Positions 33,459 to 44,793 of a DNA stretch of 64,000 bases are shown piece by piece. The notes below the pieces were generated by a model. That model was not told the DNA's origin. It worked only from the letters and a program-made list of their open reading frames with translations, and made no database searches. Numbering within the stretch: position 1 is the first letter of the stretch; every line of letters starts with the position of its first letter. The DNA is taken from the NCBI GenBank assembly GCA_903904875.1, contig CAIVEC010000001.1:10147-74146 (forward strand), in the 5' to 3' direction. The stretch is from an uncultured bacterium (lineage in GTDB: Bacteria; Patescibacteriota; Gracilibacteria; Absconditabacterales; Absconditicoccaceae). A program made the position numbers and the translations under genes.

Positions 33459-33543
33459 GGAAGGTTGGCAGAGTGGTCTAATGCGCACCGTTGGAAACGG
33501 TGTGTGCCGCAAGGTACCGGGGGTTCGAATCCCCCATCTTCCG
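33459..33543 (+). tRNA. tRNA-Ser (anticodon GGA), type II with long variable arm
   Basis: Acceptor GGAAGGT/ATCTTCC plus discriminator G. Anticodon stem CACCG/CGGTG with loop TTGGAAA. Variable arm. T-arm GGGGG-TTCGAAT-CCCCC. No encoded CCA. Confidence 0.9.
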
Positions 33544-33550
33544 AAGGATT

Positions 33551-33578
33551 TTCACAGCAAATGCTGTGAATTTTTTTT
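33551..33578 (+). terminator. intrinsic terminator after tRNA-Ser
   Basis: ttcacagc-aaat-gctgtgaa followed by 8 T. A second hairpin, agccgtct/agacggct at 33591-33612, serves the convergent minus gene. Confidence 0.7.
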
Positions 33579-33632
33579 ACATAAAAAAAAAGCCGTCTAA
33601 AAACAGACGGCTTCATTAATAATAATACTATT

Positions 33633-35090
33633 CTACTCATCGAGTTTTTCGATAGCGAATTGGCGTGCCATATACGCTTCCGGACTCTTTTGTGTAAAAA
33701 TATCCAAGGCAAACATATAGGCATCCTTGAGATTCAGGAATGTCGCATTGGGAACAAGTGAAGGCATTCTCAGTGAGCTCCATATATCTTCCGGATGAGT
33801 CTCTGCTGAATTACAATACGACAACACCGGCCATGCTGTTCTGGCGGAAAGTGTTGGTCCGAGGCCGTTGATCATGCCGACTATGGCAATGATCACTGCG
33901 CCTTCCGGATACTTTGCATGCAATTCATTGAGTTTTTTGGCAGCTTTCAAAGGCATTTTGTGTCCTGAAATCACCACATCTTCAATGATTATGCTTGCAG
34001 GAATAGCTTTGAGGAATTCTTCATCTGCGAAACATTCAAGCTTATCATCAGGAGATCCTCTCCATAAGATGATCGGCTGTTTCGGGATGTAAAATTGGTT
34101 AACAAGCTGTGCTACGCGCATATAATTTTCCTGCACCTGAGCTAATGGATGACCATCACGGAAAGTCTGTTTTGATAATTCTTTCCAGTCGGCTGTCCTT
34201 AGTCTCCAGGAGTCATTGTCGATGACGTCAGCAACAACCAAGTTTCCAGCGGTATCGATTCCGAATTCGATTTTAAAATCGATTAAGCGGTAGCCCAATG
34301 TATTCCATGCTCCTTCCAACACCAGGAAAGTTTTGCGGGTGATTTCTTCGATTTTTACGAGCATATCAGGATTGGTAATAGTACTGCCGTCCATTGTTGT
34401 CAATGGAGTGATTTCCCAGGTCGGTTTCTTTGGATGTCGTAAAGTCCACTTTGAAATATCTTTCGGATTTTCGATCCAGGGATCATCAATGATTTTAATT
34501 GCCTCTTCAACAAGGTCTTCGATGGAAAGTTCCATGAGTTTTGTAATTTCCGGAAGCTTTTTTCCCACCAGTTTCTCGTTGATCTCTTTTAAAGATTTTT
34601 TAACATTCAGATATTTAATCAATTCTTCCTTATCCTTGGGAAGATAATCACGGAGATCCATGTCTCCTAATTTTCCTCCTTTGGTTTTCAGAAAGAGTTC
34701 AAATACCAGCTTATGGAAGCGATCTGGATTTCCTGGTTTGGCTAAATGAGGCATTCTTTCAAGGTATGATCCCGTAGCAAATCGACGGATAATTACTTCT
34801 AAGGGTATCATAGTACAATTTTTTGCCAAAATTTCTGTATCAGACAACTGTTCGATATACGCCGTACGGATACCTGCCTGTTCCAGCAATTCGAATATTC
34901 TGCTGGTTGTCTGAGTTGCACAAATGGCTTTTTTCTCCAGAGAACGGGTTTTTGAGGCATCATTGTCTGCCGTAGTTTCATTAGTGCTTTCCATGATAAC
35001 TAGATCATGGCGCTGGGCAACTGCCCAGATCTTTTTTGTTTTCCCTGATGTTAAGGGATTTTTGCCAAATTTCTTGAATTTTTTCTGCAT
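33633..35090 (-). CDS. bifunctional SAICAR synthetase / class II AIR carboxylase (PurC-PurE fusion, PAICS-like)
   Basis: 485-aa intact ORF. IPLEVIIRRFATGSY, DFKIEFG, ADVIDNDSWRL (PurC part). ISGHKMP, GMINGLGPTLS, IWSSLRMPS (PurE part). No TGA. Confidence 0.85.
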   Translation of the reverse strand: MQKKFKKFGKNPLTSGKTKKIWAVAQRHDLVIMESTNETTADNDASKTRSLEKKAICATQTTSRIFELLEQAGIRTAYIEQLSDTEILAKNCTMIPLEVIIRRFATGSYLERMPHLAKPGNPDRFHKLVFELFLKTKGGKLGDMDLRDYLPKDKEELIKYLNVKKSLKEINEKLVGKKLPEITKLMELSIEDLVEEAIKIIDDPWIENPKDISKWTLRHPKKPTWEITPLTTMDGSTITNPDMLVKIEEITRKTFLVLEGAWNTLGYRLIDFKIEFGIDTAGNLVVADVIDNDSWRLRTADWKELSKQTFRDGHPLAQVQENYMRVAQLVNQFYIPKQPIILWRGSPDDKLECFADEEFLKAIPASIIIEDVVISGHKMPLKAAKKLNELHAKYPEGAVIIAIVGMINGLGPTLSARTAWPVLSYCNSAETHPEDIWSSLRMPSLVPNATFLNLKDAYMFALDIFTQKSPEAYMARQFAIEKLDE

Positions 35091-35314
35091 AAGTTTTCTT
35101 TTTTTTTAATGATTATTAACGACTTTTTTTAATTTCACCAAGTATAGAAAAATGGCGGCTCTCGGCCTTTCGAATTTTTTATTTTCATATGTATATTGGT
35201 TTTAGTGATTTTTTTGTTTACAATGTTTGGATAATCTATCTATATACCATCAAATGTCAAGTCATCTAATTTTTACATAAAGAAAAACGTATCCTGAAAG
35301 GCAGAACACGTTTA

Positions 35315-36100
35315 TCAATGATTTCTCAGATCTAGTTTGATACCAAGATGAAGTGAGATCTTTTGGGTTTCGAAATTAAATTCCGGTCCGCAGATAAAGG
35401 TAAATCCATGATAGAAATCTTTGGAAGATCCAACTGAAATATGATCGTACCCATGTTTATTCACTTCCACTTCAGCACAGATACCTGCTTGCTGGAGATG
35501 ATATTCTTGGCGATAATAGTATTTCAACCAGGTATTTCCGATAGGTTTTACCTTAAAATACGTATCAATCAGCCAAGAAGGCGTAATTAATCCAAAGAAC
35601 ATAAAGGAACCCTTGCGATACTTGATCGTATGATCGCCTCTTGCGCTTTGAGGAAGGTGAAGATAACTTATATACATTTCTCCATTCAGATACCTGTATA
35701 CTTCTTCCAACGGATATTGTTGAGCATATGGATCCGCTTCCACGATCAATGCAAATCCCATACGAAGCTTGTTCCAATATCAGAACGTATTCGCTGCTTT
35801 TTTATCAAATGGAGCAGCCATAAGATCAAAATCTATACCATAGATCCTGGCACCGATCATAGAATTACGCTTGTACAATGAATGAAAATTGTATACCGTT
35901 TTTTCCAGATTTGTACGATCGTAGCACTTCCGCCAGTAGATTGTTTGATCAATTGTGGACTGATCCAAGAAACTTGGATTATTGAAATTCTGATCCATAG
36001 AGACAACCGAACCTTCTACGAGCGTAGAAGACCGTACCAATATTTGCGCATTACTTTGTAATGCAGCAAACATCACAAGTAATATCACAAATTTTTTCAT
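35315..36100 (-). CDS. secreted hypothetical protein, possibly beta-barrel (Bacteroidota-like signal peptide)
   Basis: Two ORF-track pieces joined by one TGA at 35780. MKKFVILLVMFAALQSNAQ. Alternating aromatic/hydrophilic pattern. 786 nt. Confidence 0.55.
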
Positions 36101-36180
36101 AATAAAATAAATTTAAGGTTTTTGTTAGAACCTATTTTATATTTATTTACTATAAAATGTCAATACTGTATTATATTTCA

Positions 36181-36588
36181 CTATTTCCTATTCATAGCAG
36201 TAACCGTGAGCTGTAAGACCGTAGCAATAGAAACTCGGAGCAGGTATGGAATCTGCATATATGCGAGCCGAGGATGATATGAAGAGATAGCAATGGTCGC
36301 CCGAATAAGCGTTCCGAGAATCAATAAGATATCTATAGCCGCGAGAAAATTGTTTTGAAGACGAAATTGAATGGGAGAAAAAATAATATTAAATATCAGA
36401 TTAAGGATGAATGGAAGCATTACCATGAACGAAATCTCTTTTCCCCATCACATCAAGAATACCTTCCCGAAGGAGATAATGATCAAAATATAAAGAACTG
36501 TCCATACCGGCCCGAAAAGCCATGCAGGCGGTGCCCGTCTTGGTTTCTTTAATTTTGCATACCGATTTTTGGTGGTTGTCTTTTTCAT
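36181..36588 (-). CDS. tspO: TspO/MBR tryptophan-rich sensory protein
   Basis: N(CGG)YAKLKKPR(CGG)APPAWLFGPVW and PYLL(CGA 36235-36237)VSIA match the W positions of the family (WY..L.KP.W.PP, PYl.Wv.fA). 408 nt. Confidence 0.85.
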
Positions 36589-36611
36589 GATTTTTGAAAA
36601 AAAAATAAAAG

Positions 36612-37010
36612 TTATTTTTTTCTATTATGACGTCGATTAAAAAAGAAACAGAGACCGACTGCTATAGCAGGAAGTGCGATAATCAGCGGCCGAGTAAGCA
36701 TATAGTAAGGGGTTGGTATTCCAGGCGTCCCTGTGGTCGTAATGAATTTGGCTATGCACCGGAATGTATACCGCAATCCGAATCCTCAGAAACCGATAGC
36801 GCCAATCAGCGGACATTTTTTTCGGCTAAGAATGAGGACGATGAGCAGAATCCATGTCGGAATCAGATGCATGAACAATCCTACTACGGTCTGCCGGAAC
36901 GTATATCCGTTTCCGAAGATATCCGCAGCAAACATGCTGATGAAGAGGATGAAAACAATGCTTGCGATTCTCGGAAACCGGAAGAGAAACCCTTTGGAAA
37001 TTTTTTTCAT
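36612..37010 (-). CDS. hypothetical membrane protein (132 aa)
   Basis: ORF 36786..37010 extended through TGA and checked codon by codon to TAA at 36612. 3-4 TM helices. Confidence 0.5.
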
Positions 37011-37543
37011 TATTTAGATAATCTGATAAAACTGAATGCGAGCATGCCTGCAATAATTACCGTGAAAAGCTGGAATATGCCCATAGCTTTGAGGAAAATC
37101 GTCGGTAATACTCACAAGCGAACAAGAATGTATGCGACAGCAAAAAGGAAAAATGTCTTGAGGATTCATCATGCGAGAATTCATAATCGTTGAGTTTGGA
37201 TATGTTGAATAACATAAACCAAAATGAAATTTCCCAGCCAAATCGCTGGCATCAGGTATACGAGGAATATGGTGAACGGTCAGAATATCAATCAATTCAA
37301 TGAAGCGGCAATGCTTGGCAGCATCACCATCGGAATGATTGCAGAGTAATTTTTGTACTTAAGTGCGACAAAAATAAGAAGAAGATTAACAAGTGTTCCC
37401 ACGAGCAATTGCGGTCATCCAAGAAGGAACGGAATGAAAAATAGAGGAATCAGATAAAAGAATATTTTAGTAGTTGAAGTGATGCGGAGTCATAAGCCTG
37501 CTCGCCGTGGCGAGATTTTTTGTTGTACAACAACTTCTTCCAT
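37010..37543 (-). CDS. hypothetical membrane protein (177 aa)
   Basis: All codons checked. Its stop overlaps the next start by 1 nt (TAATG). 5-6 TM helices. Confidence 0.55.
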
Positions 37544-37674
37544 AGAAAATGTAAGGGTATAAAGGGATTTGAGTATATTGAAGAACACGAAAGTTTCAAC
37601 GAAAAATGCATAGTTGAAATCATTTGCTGCTTGTATATATTTACTCTAATCTTTTATCCTTTATCATTTCTTGC

Positions 37675-37938
37675 ATGAAATCACATCTCAAAACCCCTGT
37701 TGCGGTAGGTTTGGCTCTTGGTATCTATTTCGGCATTGGATTGTTTGTGTTCGCGATTACTGCTTCATTATGGGGATACTGTAGAATTTTCGTCAGTTTT
37801 ATGAGTACGTTTTATATCGGTTACGCACCGACATTACTCGGAGCGTTCATCGGACTTTTGCGAGGATTCGTCGACGCGTTCATCGGATGATTCATCGTTA
37901 CGCGATTGGTGGGATATTTTCAAAAAAGGATGAAGTAA
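37675..37938 (+). CDS. small membrane protein (87 aa)
   Basis: MKSHLKTPVAVGLALGIYFGIGLFVF... Followed by terminator hairpin aataccgat/gtcggtatt plus T-run at 37963-37998. Confidence 0.4.
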
Positions 37939-38006
37939 AAATATTTTTTCTGGCACTATATCACGAAAATACCGATTTTCTACGTCGGTATTTTTTTGAA
38001 AAAAGA

Positions 38007-39512
38007 ATTGTACTATTAATTTGTTTCTATTAATGCATCTACTCCTCATCCGATAATGTAATCGATTACTGATCTCTCAGCGACTAATCATAAGTCATCA
38101 GCACGTTTCAACATTACCCGGACATATCCTCTTGTCTCCGGATTGAAAATCAACGGAGCGTCTATATATTGCATGACTCATTTGTCTTTGAGCGCTTGCA
38201 GATGGTTTTTGTAAAATATTTTCCATTGAGTGTTATCTATATTATACGATCCGTCAAAAAGCATCCTGGATAATACTGTTCCGAATTCCGTTCTCGGCAC
38301 CGGATCATTGGGGTCAAACACCGTCTTCGGAGTGACGCCATCAGGCTCCATTCACATGAGTTCCAATTGGCACGCAGTCTTCATATAAAATTTCATTTCT
38401 TCACTTTCATTGGCGATATCGGTATATGCATCGCATCACGGTTTCTGATAATCCGGTATCAGTCACATTTTTCTGATAGCGAATTCAGATATCATTTTTG
38501 CAAGATGCTTCCTCAACAAAGGACCCATGACGTCAGCCTGGGTGATAGGGATTTTTGTCGTAACGGCGAGATTGCATGCATAGAGATATCCTTGTTCCAA
38601 TTCTGAAGAATAGGTGCTTCCCTCCAATGAACAATCAGTTGCGCTGGTATGCGATGGAACATATTCTTCACAGCAGGTATGGTCATAATAACTTGGTGAA
38701 TTATCTATTCCTTCATCATTCGCACATTCCAAGGTACTTGGAAGTTCACAATCATCTTGGTATAATATACCTGGTCAGTTTCAACAATTTTTTGTCCCTA
38801 GAACATATTGAGTATTTCAGCAATTACTCGTTTGCACAAAAGATAGTCACGCACAGACGGTATTTGGATTCGGATTCCGAACATCTGTACACATCCCGCT
38901 TCACCATACCAAACCTATTCATCCATAGTTATCTCGTAAATACCCTGAAAGCATATCTCCATCGGGTGTAGGGACAAAACGCAGTGTCTGAGAAAAGGTA
39001 GGAAGATATTGGTTACTAGAAAATTGTAATTGGGTTCAGGCAATAAGTTCATACCTATATCATGATCGTATATGCGTTATATCTCCATAGACATAGGAAT
39101 CGCTACTTCCATTACAGCCAAGAAATAATCATCCCGTCATCTGAAGAGCGTCGTAGGCTCAAGAAAGTGTTTGGAGAATGGTTAATGTATCTTGATCTAA
39201 CGGCCGGAATCTCATTCCTCTCTGATTATTGTAATATACTCCTCTGAGTTTTTTGTAGCAAGTTTTGGTAGAGCTTCCGAGCTGGACTGTTTCTGGAGTT
39301 CCAAGATTTTCCGGTGAGCGTAAAAATACAAGCCCTCCAAAATTATTTCATCAATAGAAAAATCAGACCGTGCTTTGGTTATTCTGTAGATCGGAAAGCG
39401 CTCATGTAAACAATACCGTATCTTCTGCATCATAGTCTATAAGAGCTGCTTGTACAACAACAGGAATACAGAGACCGATAACCAGCAATAAGAGTATTTT
39501 TTTTATCTGCAT
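38007..39512 (-). CDS. secreted protein with Cys-rich linker and SLH-like C-terminal anchor module
   Basis: All codons 38733-39512 checked. Signal MQIKKILLLLVIGLCIPVVVQA. DDCELPSTLECANDEGIDNSPSYYDHTCC and GCDAYTD...MKTACQLELMGMEPDGVTPKTVFDPNDPVPRTEFGTVLSR are paralogous to the end of 48363..50885. 1506 nt. Confidence 0.7.
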
Positions 39513-39871
39513 AACAAAAAAACGAATAAATCAATAAACAGAACACTAGAGAATAGTTTTTTGGAGATTGAAAACAAGAATATTCCTTTACACATGAAGA
39601 GAGTATTACTGCATAACACCTAGTATTTTTGTCAATTCAAATTTTTGGAAAGTAGACAATATTGTCATGTTTTTTTGAATACATTACATGAATTTTCTTT
39701 GGCTTCTCAGCTATTTTTTTTCACAGAAATTATCTGTCTACATCGACACAGCAAAATTTTTCGGTTTTCTGTCAACATACAAATGGCTTGAAAACTGGTG
39801 TTTCTTTTCTATCTCCAATGTATATTGCGCACATTTTTTACGTATGTATTTTTTAATCTTTTTGCTTAGCA

Positions 39872-42754
39872 ATGAAGAAAAAATTAGCTTCTTGGAAATC
39901 AGGTTGAAAATATCTTGTGGTATTTTTGTTGGGAGTGCTTTTCACTTTTGCAATCACCAATGGATTCACACTGATCCACTCTACAGTAGAAAACGCTATC
40001 CAGTTTATCAGGCAGACGAAGTTCACTGATTCCGGTTTGGATACAGGTACCGTATTCGTGGATATCAATGCAGGATCCGGATATATCAACATCAATACCT
40101 GATCGCTCGGTAATTGAACATGATGGAATTCAAGGTTTTTGGCATTGGATGCTTTGGGAAATATAACCTATGCAGCAGAACAAGATCCGATTTTTTCATC
40201 AAGTCCTGTAAGCGGAATCACACTCACCAATATAAATACTTGGAACGCAGCATATAATCGGGTACAGACCAATTCATGAGACGCATTATATTTTATCAAC
40301 AATTCATGAGATTGGGTTAATATGAGTATGACTGGCAATTGGAATAGTGGATACAATCGAATAATTACTTCATGAGATATTTTACGAGATCGATATACCA
40401 TGAGTGGATTTTCCTCACTCAGTTGTTCTACAGGAGAAATTATAAAATACAATGGGTCTACTTGGATATGTAGTAGTGATTTGGTAGGATGAAGTGGATG
40501 AAGCAACTATTACACTACCGGACTCTATTTTGATAGCGGAACTAATCTACTGACCCTCTATGTCAGCGGTTATGGACCTGTCACAGGATATATCATTTTC
40601 TCCGGTATGGATAACTGGAATAGTGCGTATAATCGAATTAATAATTCAGGAACCTTTTTACGAAGCTGGTATACTACCACAGGAATTTATATAAATACTT
40701 TAGCGACTACAACCGGGCTTAATTGTTCAACATGAGAAATCGCAAAATACAATGGGTCTACTTGGGTATGTAGTAGTGATTTAATAGGAAGTTGAGGTGG
40801 ATGAAGCAACTTTTACACTACCGGACTAGATTTTGATAGCGGAACTAATCTACTGACTCTCTATGTCAGCGGCTATGGACCTGTCACAGGATTCATCCTT
40901 TTCTCCGGTATGGATAACTGGAATAGCGCATACAATCGAATTAATAATTCAGGAACCTTTTTACGGAACCGATATACTAATTCATGAACCTTTTTACGAA
41001 ACTGGTATACCACTACAGGTATATACATCAATACGTTAGCAACAACTACTGGTCTTACTTGTTCTGCATGAGAACTTATAAAATACAATGGATCTGCTTG
41101 GGTATGTAGCGGGGATTTGGTAGGAAGTTGAGGAATTAGTTATTGGACTGCAATAGGAGACTGAACATATACATGAATACAATATCTCGGATGAGATATC
41201 GTCACTACATGATTTATTACCAAATGAATATGAGTGAGTGCTCTATGAATATATGCTACAGCGATGGGATATCAAGCAACTGCTAATTGATCTTATTCTA
41301 TCGCTATGGGATATCAGACAACTGCTAATTGATCTTATTCTACAGCTATGGGAAATACTACACAAGCTAATTGAGATTATTCTACAGCGATGGGATGGTG
41401 AACAATTGCTAGTGGAAATTATTCTACAGCGATGGGATATAATACAAAAGCTTATATAATGGGTGCTACATCTTTATGATGGAATACAACGGCTAGTTGA
41501 AGCTTTTCTACTTCAATGGGACAAAATACACAAGCAATATGACCAAGTTCTACCGCTATGGGACAAGGTTCAATGGCTATTTGAGATTCATCTACGGCGA
41601 TGGGATATCAGACACAAGCTAATTGAGATTATTCTACAGTGATGGGAAGGGACACAATTGCTAGTTGACAATATTCTACTGCGATGGGACGTCAGACAAT
41701 TGCTAATGGACTAAATTCTACGGCGATTGGATTGTGTACACATGCTAATTGAATTGATTCTACAGCAATGGGAAATATAACTACAGCAAACTGAGATGCT
41801 GCTACAGCAATGGGAACTCAGACAATTGCTAATGGACTAAATTCTACAGCAATGGGTGCAACGACACATGCTAATTGAACTGATTCTACGGCGATGGGAA
41901 ACAATACAATTGCTAGTGGATATATTTCTACTGCGATGGGAAGTTGGACAATTGCTAATTGAAATTCATCTACAGCGATGGGATCTTATACACAAGCCAT
42001 TTGAGATTATTCTACTGCTATGGGAGATGAAACAACTGCTAATGGAATTGGTTCTATTGCTATGGGATATCAAACAACCGCTGATGGAACTGGGTCTTTT
42101 GCTATTGGAAATGGAACAACCGCTAATTGAAATGGTTCTATTGCAATGTGATATTATACACATGCTAATTGAGATAGTTCTACTGCCATGGGCGATCATA
42201 CAATTGCTAATGGATATGCCTGTACGGTAATGGGGGCTTCAAATGAAATAACGACATGATCAGATTATTCCAGCATATTAGGATGACAATGAAATAAAAT
42301 ATATTGAGTATTAAATGCTTTTATCGGTGGAGGATGAAGTAATATCATAAGTTGAAGTTCCTCAATGTATTCAGTTATTCCTTGATGATCATTTAATCTT
42401 ATAGAAAATGCACAACATAGTTTTGCTTGAGGGAAAAATGCACAAGCATTGCATGATTATACTTTTGTACGAAATGGAGTTGGAGGTAGTACGGTGTTTC
42501 AATCAGAGCATTCAAATAGTTTTATTATTAATGCACCTGGAGGAGTAGGTATCGGAACTAATAATCCACAAGGAGATCTTCATGTTGCAGGAAGCGGGGT
42601 CGTGGTTTTTGAGCCACAAGACACTAATCCTCAATGAGTATGAACAGGATGTACCGTCACGTGATCAGTAGTATATGCTAAGACATCCAATAATCTTTGT
42701 TATTGTAACTGATCATGACGAACAAAATTAGTTGGACTTAATTGCGCATTCTAA
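39872..42754 (+). CDS. 960-aa surface fibre: tandem ~100-aa repeats, Hep_Hag/YadA-head repeats and beta-helix-like tail
   Basis: Checked line by line. Signal-anchor N-terminus. 2.5 x ~300-nt tandem units (40495-41130). About 25 STAMG..T.ANG.. repeats with TGA at the ANG Gly. Ends LCYCNGSG(CGA)TKLVGLNCAF. Confidence 0.85.
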
Positions 42755-43098
42755 ATAGTCATTTGTACAATCAATCCATTGTAATATCGGGGTTTATCCA
42801 TGAAGGTGGAGATTTTTTTAATTAACTATGTTCTATATCTCAATACATCAAAATTTTGATAAAATAAGACGCCGGAAATCCCTAAAGGATTTCAACGTCG
42901 TTTCTATCCCGCTTTAGCGGAATAGAAATTATTCAAATTCCTATGTGATAAAAAATTTCTTAAACTATTGTTTATCTACCGTTTATCGTTCGCCTATACG
43001 AACCTTTATCTATCGTAATTCGATTGACTTTTTAGAGCAAATCTGTATACTATTTTCACTAAAAAAACAAATATATCAACTAAAACAAAAATAAAATT

Positions 43099-44640
43099 AT
43101 GAAAACGCAGAAATTTTTCTTTTTTTTGTTGGTTTTCAGCATAAGCTGGATATCAACTAGAGCAACTATTCATCATGTCTATCTGGATAATACCTATAAT
43201 ACAGAATGGCATACGTTTTGCGGGGGAGTGAATGATACTGTCATCCTTCACAAACCAATAATTGCCATGAACAATATTACTTGGGTTACTCCGTTAGGTC
43301 TAATGATTTTTGCTCAGGACACCGTGATTGTGCCGTACAATAATCAAGGGGATTGGTATTTCAGTTCCACCGAAGTAGGAAAGGATGTTTATGTGTATTT
43401 CATTTCTACTCCGCCAGTTCAGCCGGCTTGCATGGCTCATGATACGAGCTTTTGTACAGCAAGTATCAATTGGACCTTGAATGCACAAAACACCAGTACA
43501 TTTTCTACCTATCTCTGGGACAATGGTGCAACTACTAAAAACAGAATAGTCACTACGGTCGGCACCTATTGGGTACAAATCACTAATGCCTGTGGTCAGA
43601 GAACTGATACGCTTCACATCACTCAGTCCAACCCTAATGCTCCTCATCTTGGAGCTGATCAGAGTTTTTGCTGGGGAAGTGGTACGATTCTCAATCCAGG
43701 AAGTACTAATGTAACTTCGTATCAATGGTCAACTGGTGCTATAACACCAACAATCACCGTAGATACGACTGGTACGTACTGGGTATATGTAATTGATGGC
43801 AATGGCTGCAGCGGCAGAGACACGATTCAAGTCACCACTTTGATTCCTATCGGTGAAGAAGAATGTTATGTAGGATTTGATACGCTCACATGGAAAAATG
43901 ATGTTAATTGGACGGTAAATTTACCCGGTAATGCTGACTCCGTACGGATCTACAAAGAGACTTCACTGAATGTGTGGACGCTTATCGGAACTGTTTCCAA
44001 GACCGTTGATCATTTCCTGGATATGGCATCTCTACCACAACAACAGAGCTATAGTTACAAAATAGCTCTAGTGGATACTTGCGGTAATGAGTCTAATCTC
44101 TCATCATTCCATACTACAATCTCACTATTGAGTGCTTACGACCAACCCAGTAACACGTATGGGTTTACATGGTCTGCATATGATGGGATTATAGTAAATG
44201 ATTATTATCTGTATGGTATCTATGGTAACGGAACTGTTACCCAAGTGGGCAGTGTACCTGGTAATCAGTTTATGTTCAATTACCTTAATCCTGATCCTGG
44301 CTTTGTAAAATATTTCGTGGGTTTTGAAACTCCGGATTGTGATGCAAAGACCAATATTGTGGTAAAAAGCAATTGGGTACTGAGAGATTCTCTACTTACC
44401 AGTGTTCATGAAGTGGGAATCATTCCGTTCGCTGTTTATCCTAATCCAGCCAGCTCACAATTGACGATCAATATCGGAGTTGAAGACTTCCAAGTGAATG
44501 TGCTTACCACGATCGGACAGGTAGTCTTGTCTGAACACAATGTGAAAACATTGGACGTAAGTAGTTTATCCAAAGGTCTGTACATTATGCAGGTAACTGC
44601 TAACGGTACAACCAGCGAAAAAAAGATTATTATCAATTAA
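43099..44640 (+). CDS. secreted repeat protein with T9SS C-terminal sorting domain (paralog of 22372..23916)
   Basis: Signal peptide and the same architecture as the paralog. CTD VYPNPASSQLTINI...GLYIMQVTANGTTSEKKIIIN. 513 codons with no TGA. Confidence 0.85.
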   Translation: MKTQKFFFFLLVFSISWISTRATIHHVYLDNTYNTEWHTFCGGVNDTVILHKPIIAMNNITWVTPLGLMIFAQDTVIVPYNNQGDWYFSSTEVGKDVYVYFISTPPVQPACMAHDTSFCTASINWTLNAQNTSTFSTYLWDNGATTKNRIVTTVGTYWVQITNACGQRTDTLHITQSNPNAPHLGADQSFCWGSGTILNPGSTNVTSYQWSTGAITPTITVDTTGTYWVYVIDGNGCSGRDTIQVTTLIPIGEEECYVGFDTLTWKNDVNWTVNLPGNADSVRIYKETSLNVWTLIGTVSKTVDHFLDMASLPQQQSYSYKIALVDTCGNESNLSSFHTTISLLSAYDQPSNTYGFTWSAYDGIIVNDYYLYGIYGNGTVTQVGSVPGNQFMFNYLNPDPGFVKYFVGFETPDCDAKTNIVVKSNWVLRDSLLTSVHEVGIIPFAVYPNPASSQLTINIGVEDFQVNVLTTIGQVVLSEHNVKTLDVSSLSKGLYIMQVTANGTTSEKKIIIN

Positions 44641-44644
44641 TATA

Positions 44645-44675
44645 AATCCGGGAGTTTTTCTTCCGGATTTTTTTA
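44645..44675 (+). terminator. intrinsic terminator (near-copy of 23937-23968)
   Basis: aatccgggag-ttttt-cttccggatt followed by a T-run. Confidence 0.75.
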
Positions 44676-44793
44676 TTATATATATTTTCTTTATAAATGG
44701 TTGTTAAAAGGTCAGTATTTTGGCACGAAAAATGACAAATATATCCTCCGGGGATATACTTGAATATACATTTATTTGGTCGATGAATTGCAA

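Noticed and set aside
36627-37193. 188-aa plus-strand ORF rich in Arg, Cys and His
   Set aside because: It lies antisense to two minus-strand membrane-protein genes (36612..37010, 37010..37543), which I verified codon by codon. Its composition is not protein-like.
39212-39433. 73-aa TGA-free minus ORF
   Set aside because: It is off-frame within 38007..39512. The verified frame carries the signal peptide and connects to the conserved C-terminal module.
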